Shown piece by piece: positions 1-7,249 of a DNA stretch of 64,000 nt. Under the pieces are notes generated by a model. It did not search any database, had not been told where the DNA came from, and saw only the letters and a list, made by a program, of their open reading frames with translations. The translations under genes were made by a program, and so were the position numbers. The stretch is from the NCBI GenBank assembly GCA_050618075.1, contig JBNLVL010000004.1, forward strand, positions 166,750 to 230,749. Reading direction: 5' to 3'. Every line of letters starts with the position of its first letter. The stretch's first letter is position 1. The DNA comes from Myxococcota bacterium. Its GTDB lineage: Bacteria > Myxococcota_A > UBA9160 > UBA4427.

Positions 1-22
1 GATCGATCCCCGGCCCCCTCCT

Positions 23-52
23 CCTGGGAGTACCCTGGGAGCTCCCCGGGAA
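23..52 (+). promoter_or_regulatory. Three direct repeats at exact 11-bp period (CCTGGGAG, CCTGGGAG, CCCGGGAA); candidate OmpR/PhoB-type winged-helix binding site
   Basis: Units start at 23, 34 and 45, about 60 bp upstream of the surface-protein ATG. Similar to the array at 44776-44817. Confidence 0.5.
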
Positions 53-113
53 TGGCGGCGGCAGCACTGCGGCGAAGGCCCTTCCCGAGCGCCGCCGTGG
101 CGAGGAGGTGACC

Positions 114-2357
114 ATGCCCGGCCCCGATTCGATCGCACCCGCGTCTGGCCTGGCGGCCCGCGTCCGGATCGTCGTGGCGACCGCACTGCTCCTGGGGTCG
201 CCGGCCCTGGCGGCGCCCGTCGAGCGACCCATCGAGTACGAATGGCGCCTGTCGGTGCCGTTCGGCGTCGCCATCCTGCCGACCCCGGCGATCCTGGGCT
301 CGGGCAACGGCACGCTGTCCGTCGATGATTCCGATCGCTCGATCGCGGCGGCCGCCGACGCGCTGGGCTTCACGGGGCGGGTGACGATCCCCGTCACCGC
401 GACCACCTCCGTCGCCAGCATCACCATGACGAGGCTGGGCAACGCCGCGGCCACCTTCGGGCTGGGCCGCGTGGCCGCTACGGTCCCGTCCGAGCTGTGT
501 CCGACGGCACCGCCGACGAGTCCGACGGCCTGCGTGGTCGGCGACGGGCTCGGCGGCAGAATGGCCCTCTCGGGCACCCTCGCCATCCACATCATCGCGA
601 ACATCGTGGTGATCCCGGTCAACCTGGACGCAGCCCGCATCGGGCAGAGCGGCACCGCCAGCTCCCCGTTCACGATCGACGCCGCGCCCTGGACCCTGGG
701 AACCGGCCGCATCCTCTCCGACGGCGTGACCTTCGAGCCCCGCGGCACCACCAACCCCGGGGCCGGCTCCATGCGCATGGTCACGCCGACCTTCATGCTC
801 GCGCTGGGCTTGCTGGCGCCGCCGGTCTTCGAGGTGGAGATCGGCTTCGTGGACGGCCTGCCCTTCCCGGGCTGGCTCGGCCTCGACCCCGACGCCGACG
901 AGGATTCGGACGGCGTCTCCAACTCCGATGACAACTGTCCCGGGACGCCCAACCCCCTGCAGGAGGACGGCGACGCCGACGGGATCGGCGACGCCTGCGA
1001 CCCGGACGTCCTCGACACCGACTCCGACGGCCTGGTCGACGCCCAGGACAACTGCCCCGAAGACCCAAACCCGCTCCAGGAGGACGGCGACGAGGACGGC
1101 GCGGGCGACGCCTGTGACAACTGCATTGCGACTCCGAATCCCCTCCAGGAGGACCACGACGGCGACGGCACCGGTACCGCCTGCGACGCCCCCTGCGACG
1201 ACGGCTTCGACAACGACGGCAACGGCCTCGAGGACTTCCCGGACGACCCCGGCTGCGACTCGCCCGCCGATCCCTTCGAGCTCCCCCAGTGCTCGGACGG
1301 CGTGGACAACGACGGCGACGCCGCCATCGACTTCGAGGACCCGGGCTGTGCCGCCCTGTCGGCCATCAGCGAGACCGCGGCCTGCGAGGACGGAGTCGAC
1401 AACGACGGCGACGGCGCGGTCGACCACCCGGACGACGCCGGCTGCACGAGCCCCTTCGACCAGTCGGAGGCCGTGGCCTGCAGCGACGGCGCCGACAACG
1501 ACGGCGACGGCTTCGTCGACCTCCAGGACCCCGGCTGCGTCAACAGCACCCGGGACGACGAGGCTCCGGAGTGCGACGACGGCTTCGACAACGACGGCGA
1601 CGGTCTCGTCGACTTCCCCGACGACCCCGGCTGCACCTCCGCGAAGGGCGACCTCGAAGGCCCGCAGTGCCACGATGGCCTCGACAACGACGGCGACGGG
1701 GACGTCGACTTCCCCGCCGACGCCGGCTGCACGGGCCCGGCCGTCGACCTCGAAGGTCCGGAGTGCGACGACGCCCAGGACAACGACGGCGACGGCGAGA
1801 TCGACTTCCCGGACGACGCCGGCTGCACGGGCCCCACCGCCGATCTCGAAGGAACGGTCTGCGACGACGCCCAGGACAACGACGGCGACGGCCTCGTCGA
1901 CTTCCCCGAGGACGACGGCTGTCGCGATCCCCAGGACGATTCGGAGCGGCCCGACCCCCACTGCCAGGACGGGGCCGACAACGACGGCGACGGGCTGATC
2001 GACTTCCCCGACGACCCGGGCTGCATCGCTTCCGACGACCCGAGCGAGGTCGCCGACTGCCAGGACGGAATCGACAACGACGAGGACGGGCTCGTCGACC
2101 TCGAGGACCCGAGCTGCCCGGAGCCCCATTTCAATCGGGAGCTGACGACCTGCGCCGACGGCCGCGACAACGACGGCGACGGAACGATCGACTTCGACGG
2201 CGGCGCCGCGGCGGGCCTGCCGGCGGCGAGCCAGAGGCCGCCGGACGCCGGCTGCCACGGCAGCCCGACCTTCCGGGAGACGGCCTGCGGACTGGGCGCC
2301 GAGCTCGGGCTGGTGCTCGGGGGCCTGCTGGCGCTGGGCCGGCGAAGGCGGCGCTGA
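114..2357 (+). CDS. Secreted/surface protein: signal peptide, beta-rich N-terminal domain, thrombospondin type-3-like repeats, 11 Cys-bracketed acidic repeats, C-terminal CGLGxEL-TM-basic tail
   Basis: RBS GAGGAGG at 102-108 before ATG 114 (GTG 108 is the alternative start). Signal ...ALLLGSPALA. Repeats DxDxDGxxDxxDNCP and CxDGxDNDGDGxxDxxxDxGC x11. Ends ACGLGAELGLVLGGLLALGRRRRR. Confidence 0.85.
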   Translation: MPGPDSIAPASGLAARVRIVVATALLLGSPALAAPVERPIEYEWRLSVPFGVAILPTPAILGSGNGTLSVDDSDRSIAAAADALGFTGRVTIPVTATTSVASITMTRLGNAAATFGLGRVAATVPSELCPTAPPTSPTACVVGDGLGGRMALSGTLAIHIIANIVVIPVNLDAARIGQSGTASSPFTIDAAPWTLGTGRILSDGVTFEPRGTTNPGAGSMRMVTPTFMLALGLLAPPVFEVEIGFVDGLPFPGWLGLDPDADEDSDGVSNSDDNCPGTPNPLQEDGDADGIGDACDPDVLDTDSDGLVDAQDNCPEDPNPLQEDGDEDGAGDACDNCIATPNPLQEDHDGDGTGTACDAPCDDGFDNDGNGLEDFPDDPGCDSPADPFELPQCSDGVDNDGDAAIDFEDPGCAALSAISETAACEDGVDNDGDGAVDHPDDAGCTSPFDQSEAVACSDGADNDGDGFVDLQDPGCVNSTRDDEAPECDDGFDNDGDGLVDFPDDPGCTSAKGDLEGPQCHDGLDNDGDGDVDFPADAGCTGPAVDLEGPECDDAQDNDGDGEIDFPDDAGCTGPTADLEGTVCDDAQDNDGDGLVDFPEDDGCRDPQDDSERPDPHCQDGADNDGDGLIDFPDDPGCIASDDPSEVADCQDGIDNDEDGLVDLEDPSCPEPHFNRELTTCADGRDNDGDGTIDFDGGAAAGLPAASQRPPDAGCHGSPTFRETACGLGAELGLVLGGLLALGRRRRR
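1194..2255 (+). repeat. Intragenic array of 11 coding repeats (~32 aa; CxDGxDNDGDGxxD(F/L)xxDxGC), putative Ca/metal-binding
   Basis: Recurrent GACAACGACGGCGACGG at roughly 96-bp spacing, all in frame in the 114..2357 ORF. Confidence 0.85.
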
Positions 2358-2366
2358 GACCCGCGC

Positions 2367-3824
2367 TCAGCCCGGGTCGCCCTCCGGGCCCAGGGCGAGG
2401 CCGTGGGCCGGGCGCTCGGCCCAGCCCGAGGCCACCTCGATGCGCAGGTCGCCATTGCCCTCACGGATCGCGCTGGGCGCCTCGGAGCGACCGAGCTGCC
2501 GGACGCGTCCGGGATCGGCGACCGGGACGTCGACGAGGGTGACGCTCCGGGTGTCGGGCGTGCCGAGCAGCGTGGCGTAGAGCTCCCCGCCCTTCGACGT
2601 GAACCGGACCGGAACGCCTTCCCGCGTCGTTCCCTCGGCGCGCTTCCACGGTCGGGTCTCGTAGATGGCCTCGCCGCAGTCGCCCAGGAAGTCGCCCAGC
2701 CAGCGCAGCCGCTCGAGCTGGATCTCTGGGATCCGGGCGTCCTCGCCGCGCGGCCCCACGTTGAGCAGGAGGTTGCCATTCTTCGAGACGATGTCGACGA
2801 ACGAGTGCAGCAGGTCCTCGTGGGAGAGGAAGTCCTCGGGCCGCGAGGCGCGGTTGTAGCCGAAGCTCTTGTCGATGCCGCGCACGCACTCCCACTTGCG
2901 TTCCTGGATGTCCGGAAAGGTCGCGTACTCCGGCGTCCGGTAGTCGTAGACCAGGGGCGGCGGCGGCGCGCCGAAGCCGCCGCGCCTGCGGATCGCGCGG
3001 GCCACCAACCACTCGGCCAGTCGCTTGACCGGAGGCCAGCGCACCACGGGGACCAGCCAGGTGCGGTGGAGCCAGCGGTCGTTGATGACGCCGTCGGGGA
3101 CCGCGTCGTAGTAGTGGGCGACGAGCTCGAGGAGCCCCTGCCTGCGGTCGGGCCAGCTGATGTCGTTCCACAGCACGTCGGGCGCCACCCGCTCGATGAG
3201 CTCGCGCACCTGGGCGTCGGCATAGGCGGGATATCCGCCCCCGGGCATGCCCGTTCCCACGTCCACCAGGGAGCGCAGGGGCCGGTCGTCGAAGGTCCAG
3301 TCGAGTCCGCCGGAGTAGTAGGCGCCGAAGCGCAGCCCCTGGCCCCGGACGGCGCCCGCCAGCTCGCCCACCACGTCGCGCCCGGTGTGCCAGTCGCGCC
3401 AGCGGGCGTCGGGGTGGGCGACGGAGCTCGGCCATAGACAGAAGCCGTCGTGGTGCTTGGTCACCAGCACCGCGTAGCGCGCGCCGGCCTCGCGGAACAC
3501 GCGGGCCCACTCGTCCGGCTGCCACTGCTCGAGCCCCCGCCGATAGTCGTCGGCGAAGCTCTCGTAGGGACGATCGCCGTAGGTCTCGCGGTGATGGCGC
3601 TCCACGGCGCTTCCGGGGAGCTTGAGCGAGTTCCAGTACCACTCGGAGTACGGAGAATCCTGCTGCTCGGCCTCGCCGGCGAGGATGGCCTCGATGCCGC
3701 CCCGGGGAGCGAACGCGGGAATGCTCGAGACGCTCCAGTGGATGAAGATGCCGAGCTTCGCGCCGTCGTACCACGCGGGCACGGGATGGCTGCGCAGACT
3801 CTCCCGGGTGGGCTCGTACTCCAA
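2367..3824 (-). CDS. Alpha-L-fucosidase (GH29)
   Basis: PAWYDGAKLGIFIHW, Y-S-E-W-Y, GARYAVLVTKHHDGFCLW, VLWND (nucleophile Asp), KWECVR, SFGY, VSKNGNLLLNVGP. TTG start. Confidence 0.92.
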   Translation of the reverse strand: MEYEPTRESLRSHPVPAWYDGAKLGIFIHWSVSSIPAFAPRGGIEAILAGEAEQQDSPYSEWYWNSLKLPGSAVERHHRETYGDRPYESFADDYRRGLEQWQPDEWARVFREAGARYAVLVTKHHDGFCLWPSSVAHPDARWRDWHTGRDVVGELAGAVRGQGLRFGAYYSGGLDWTFDDRPLRSLVDVGTGMPGGGYPAYADAQVRELIERVAPDVLWNDISWPDRRQGLLELVAHYYDAVPDGVINDRWLHRTWLVPVVRWPPVKRLAEWLVARAIRRRGGFGAPPPPLVYDYRTPEYATFPDIQERKWECVRGIDKSFGYNRASRPEDFLSHEDLLHSFVDIVSKNGNLLLNVGPRGEDARIPEIQLERLRWLGDFLGDCGEAIYETRPWKRAEGTTREGVPVRFTSKGGELYATLLGTPDTRSVTLVDVPVADPGRVRQLGRSEAPSAIREGNGDLRIEVASGWAERPAHGLALGPEGDPG

Positions 3825-3884
3825 TGCTCTCCGCCTCCCGATCGCATGGGTGGGCCGCAGTCCTCGTGCGCCTCGTCCCGGATA

Positions 3885-4082
3885 CTAGTGTCCTGTTCCA
3901 GAAGTTCGCCTGCATTCGAAGCCGCCTACGAGCCGCTCGCTGCGTTGCGCTCGGTCGCCGTAGCGACGGCTATGCCTCCCTCGCGCGCCTTGCGAGCGGC
4001 TCGCAGTCGACTTCTCGGTGCAGTCCGCGGGGGGTAGAGCCAAGTACCGATTCGACGCCGAACTTCTGGAACAGGACACTAG
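3885..4082. mobile_element. Non-autonomous miniature inverted-repeat element (MITE), IS630-like TA/CTAG target
   Basis: Perfect 24-bp inverted repeats CTAGTGTCCTGTTCCAGAAGTTCG (3885-3908) and its reverse complement (4059-4082). Internal hairpin 3918-3940 / 3992-4014. No transposase. Confidence 0.8.
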
Positions 4083-4351
4083 GGCCCCCGCTCGTCGCCG
4101 CACCCGTCGGGCAGGTTGCGGCAGGACCAGGTGCGTCGGGCCTCTTCCTCGTAGCGGTCGTACGTCTGGTTGGCGCGGTCGCGGAGTGCCTCGCACTCCT
4201 GCTCGCTACGATCCGGATCCTCGATGCACTCGCGGTGGGCGGCCCTCGAGTCGCGCGCGTCGCGATACGAGGCGCACCCGGCGCCGAACGTGAGCGTCGT
4301 CGCGAGCGACACGAGCCCGACGATGCGTCTCGTCCGCCATCTCCGTTCCAA
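4079..4351 (-). CDS. Small Cys-rich lipoprotein, unknown function
   Basis: Basic N-terminus, hydrophobic stretch, lipobox-like GAG-C, four further Cys. TAGAAT -10-like box upstream near 4374-4379. The TAG stop lies in the MITE CTAG. Confidence 0.65.
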   Translation of the reverse strand: MERRWRTRRIVGLVSLATTLTFGAGCASYRDARDSRAAHRECIEDPDRSEQECEALRDRANQTYDRYEEEARRTWSCRNLPDGCGDERGP

Positions 4352-4449
4352 CGTCGAACCTCCCGGGTCGGGATTCTAGGATCCCCGCCCGGTCGACGTG
4401 GGGTCGAATCCCATGCCGGAGACGGTGGACCGGGACCCTTGCGAGACGT

Positions 4450-4497
4450 CCGGATCGACCAGCCCCCCGGATCGACCAGACCCCCGGATCGACCAGA
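4450..4497 (+). repeat. Tandem 17-bp repeat x3 (core CCGGATCGACCAG) in a divergent intergenic region
   Basis: Units start at 4450, 4467 and 4484. Confidence 0.85.
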
Positions 4498-4650
4498 GGG
4501 TCGGCCGGTTCGACGGAGCCTCGCGACGGGGCGGATCGCCCCGACCGCTCCGCCGGTGGGCGCCCGGACACCCGGCCGCGGGGCCCGCGGCGGGTGCGGG
4601 CGGCTCGCGAAGCGGTCGGGGCCCGGCGGGCGCCGCGCTAAGGTCGCGTC

Positions 4651-6180
4651 ATGGGCTCGGCCATTGCAGCGGGCAACGACCAGACCGCCGCGGCCGGAGA
4701 GCGCATCGCGCGCGAGGGCGGCAACGCGGTGGACATCGCGGTGGGGGCGGCGCTGTCCGCGACCCTGTGCGAGATGCTCATGTGCTCGCTCGGCGGGTCG
4801 GGGTTCGTCTGTCTGCGACTCCCGGACGGCTCGGCCGAGGTGATCGAGGGCGCGGACGCCGTGCCGGGCCGCGGCCGGCGCCTCCACCCGAGCGAGATCG
4901 ACTTCCGCGAGGCGCACCTGCCGTACGGCGACGGCATCACGGTGCGCGTGGGTCACGGCACCGTGGCGGTGCCCGGGCTGCTGGGCGCCCTGGCCTGCGC
5001 CCACCGGCGCCACGGCCGACTCCCCTGGCGCGAGGTGATGGCGCCGGCGCTCGAGCTGGCCGCGGCGGGCTGGCGCGCGGTGCCCATCATGTGTCGCTGG
5101 CTCGAGATGACCGGCGAAGCCATCTTCGAGCGCCAACGCGCCAGCCGGGAATGCTTCCTGCCCGGAGGCCGCGTGCCGCGGCCGGGCGAGACCTTCTCGG
5201 TCTCGAAGCTGGTCGACACCTACGACACGATCGCCCGGGAGGGAGAGCGCTCCTTCTACCAGGGCGACCTGGCCCGGGCCTTCGCCGGCGAGATGCAGGA
5301 CCACGGCGGACAGGTCACCCGGGAAGACCTGGCCTGCTACCGGGCCGCGGTGCGTCGGCCGCTCTCCCTCTCCTCGGGCGGCTTCCTGCTCGCGCTCAAC
5401 CCCCCGCCCGCCCTGGGCGGCAGCGCCCTGGGCGCGCTGGTGGGGCTGCTCGCGCTGCGCTGGCGTCCGGACATGGCGGAGTCCGAGCGCGCGCAGCTCC
5501 ACGCGCGGGCGCAGTCGTACGTCCTGGGTCTGCGCGAGCGCACCCTGGCGCGCGAGGACTTCGGCGAGGCGGCCGCCCGCTCGCTGCTGTCGGCGCCGGT
5601 GCTGGCGCGCCACGCGGACGTGATGCGCTCGGAGCACACCACCCACCTGTCGGTCGCCACCGACGACGGCGCCGTCGTCGGCGTCAGCATGAGCATGGGC
5701 TACGGCGCCGGCGTCACCATCCCCGGCACCGGCATCCCGTGCAACAACAGCGCGGGCGAGCCCGAGCTCAATCCCCGCGGCTTCGGCGCCGGGGAGCCGG
5801 GCGAGCGCTTCGTCTCGAACATGGCCCCGACGGTCGCCTGGCACCCGGACGGCCGTGCCCTCGCGCTGGGCTCGCCGGGCGCGAGCCGCATCACCACCGC
5901 GATCGCCCAGACCTGGGTCCGCCACGCCCTCGAAGGCGCGAGCATGGAGGAGGCGGTGGCCGCACCGAGGCTCCACGTGGAGGACTGGGCCGACGGCCTG
6001 CGCGTCCAGTGCGAGCCGGGCATCGACCCGTCGTTGCTGTCCGACGGATTCCGGGTCCGGCCCTTCGAGAGCCTCGACTTCTTCTTCGGCGGCGTCCAGC
6101 TGGCCGGCCGCGACGGGCGCGGCGTGCTCCACGCGGTGGCCGATCCGCGGCGCGATGGCGACGCGCGCGTCCTCGACTGA
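4651..6180 (+). CDS. ggt: Gamma-glutamyltransferase family protein (Ntn hydrolase)
   Basis: GGNAVD, LGGSGF, VAVPG, FYQG, autoprocessing Thr in HTTHLSV, SNMAPT, GSPGASRI, ADPRRDG. TAAGGT 6 nt before ATG suggests a leaderless transcript. Confidence 0.88.
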   Translation: MGSAIAAGNDQTAAAGERIAREGGNAVDIAVGAALSATLCEMLMCSLGGSGFVCLRLPDGSAEVIEGADAVPGRGRRLHPSEIDFREAHLPYGDGITVRVGHGTVAVPGLLGALACAHRRHGRLPWREVMAPALELAAAGWRAVPIMCRWLEMTGEAIFERQRASRECFLPGGRVPRPGETFSVSKLVDTYDTIAREGERSFYQGDLARAFAGEMQDHGGQVTREDLACYRAAVRRPLSLSSGGFLLALNPPPALGGSALGALVGLLALRWRPDMAESERAQLHARAQSYVLGLRERTLAREDFGEAAARSLLSAPVLARHADVMRSEHTTHLSVATDDGAVVGVSMSMGYGAGVTIPGTGIPCNNSAGEPELNPRGFGAGEPGERFVSNMAPTVAWHPDGRALALGSPGASRITTAIAQTWVRHALEGASMEEAVAAPRLHVEDWADGLRVQCEPGIDPSLLSDGFRVRPFESLDFFFGGVQLAGRDGRGVLHAVADPRRDGDARVLD

Positions 6181-6230
6181 GCGCGGGCTCGTCCGGACGT
6201 CGCCACGGTGTGCGGCGCCCCGGGCGCGGC

Positions 6231-6785
6231 TCACAGCTGCGCGCTGTCGAAGGGTGTCCGGGGCGTGACCCGCGCGTGGGCCTCGGCGCGCTCCAGCCCC
6301 TCGTCCAGATAGCGGCGAAGCTCGTACATCTGGGTCGACGCGAGGCCCTGGCCGATGAAGGTGGCCCCGTAGATCAGCCCGATCAGCGCGCCGGACACCA
6401 GGGGCGCCACGATCAGCCACGAGAAATGGCCGAGGGTGAGGAGCGTGAGACCGTAGATCCCCCCGCACAGCCCGAGCAGGGCCAGCACTCCGTAGAGGAA
6501 GGCGAAGACGGTCCACACCGATGGACGCGGGGTGAACAGACAGCGCACCCGCACCCCGCTGGGCCGCTCCGCACTCCCGTCGAGCGGGTCGAAGGTGACG
6601 TCGAGCTCGGGCGACCACAGATAGCGCCGGGACTCCGGGATGCGGAGCACGCAGCGCGCGGTATCGAACCGACCCTCGATGTCCGAGTCGGCGTCCTCGA
6701 TGCGCTGCTCCAGGGCGGCCACCACCGCGCTCGCACCGCAGCAGACGTCCACGCTGAACCGCGGCCGCAGCTTGAGGTCGGCCAT
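6231..6785 (-). CDS. Hypothetical membrane protein (2 C-terminal TM helices)
   Basis: Coding-like composition, WSPEL motif, two hydrophobic segments, GGGAG RBS. Confidence 0.7.
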   Translation of the reverse strand: MADLKLRPRFSVDVCCGASAVVAALEQRIEDADSDIEGRFDTARCVLRIPESRRYLWSPELDVTFDPLDGSAERPSGVRVRCLFTPRPSVWTVFAFLYGVLALLGLCGGIYGLTLLTLGHFSWLIVAPLVSGALIGLIYGATFIGQGLASTQMYELRRYLDEGLERAEAHARVTPRTPFDSAQL

Positions 6786-6876
6786 GCGTCACGCTCCCAC
6801 TGGCGGCCACGCTACCACGGGGCTGCGAGCGGTTGGAAGCGTCGGAACGCCGGCGGTCCGGGTCCGGGTCCGGCTC

Positions 6877-7086
6877 CTAGTCCACGGCCAGCATGACGTT
6901 CGAGGCCTTGACCACGGCAATCGCCTCGCCGCCCGGCGCCAGTCCCAGGCCCTCGGCCGACGAGCGGGTGATGATCGACACCAGCTCCTCTCCGCTCGCC
7001 AGCTCCAGCACCACCTCGGAGTTGACGGCCCCGTGCGTGACCGACTTGACCTTGCCTCGAATCTGATTGCGCGCGCTCAGCTGCAT
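6877..7086 (-). CDS. mop: Molybdenum-pterin-binding (Mop/molbindin, TOBE) protein
   Basis: SARNQIRGKV...SIITRSSAEGLGL...AVVKASNV. 69 aa, RBS AAGGGGGAG. Confidence 0.93.
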   Translation of the reverse strand: MQLSARNQIRGKVKSVTHGAVNSEVVLELASGEELVSIITRSSAEGLGLAPGGEAIAVVKASNVMLAVD

Positions 7087-7179
7087 GGCTCCCCCCTTGC
7101 GGCCGGCCCGGTCTCAGGCCGGCCCCGGCAGTATGCCTCCGGCGCGCCGGCGCGGACGCCCGGAAGCGCCGCCCCGGAT

Positions 7180-7196
7180 TTGCACTCCGAGTGCAA
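7180..7196. promoter_or_regulatory. Palindromic operator, probably for the TetR at 9069
   Basis: Perfect TTGCACTC-C-GAGTGCAA upstream of the BVMO-tetR operon, overlapping a TTGCAC -35-like hexamer. Confidence 0.7.
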
Positions 7197-7249
7197 TTGG
7201 AGTATCGCTGGAGTGGCCCGCACCCGCGAACCCGCCAGGAGGCCTCCCC

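Noticed and set aside
928-1998. Thr-rich mucin-like ORF
   Set aside because: It is the +1-frame reading of GAC-rich Asp codons in the real surface-protein gene.
1194-2255. Regularly spaced GACAACGACGGCGACGG repeats resembling a CRISPR array
   Set aside because: They are degenerate, in frame within a protein-coding repeat region, the spacers are homologous, and there are no cas genes.
3824-4843. ORFs crossing the MITE with a repeated peptide (NFWNRTL / SVLFQKF) as a possible transposase
   Set aside because: The repeated peptides are translations of the two TIRs; there is no DDE or HTH signature.
6855-6873. GGTCCG x3 short repeat (also CCCGG runs at 28129-28165)
   Set aside because: Short low-complexity GC repeats at gene ends, expected at this base composition.
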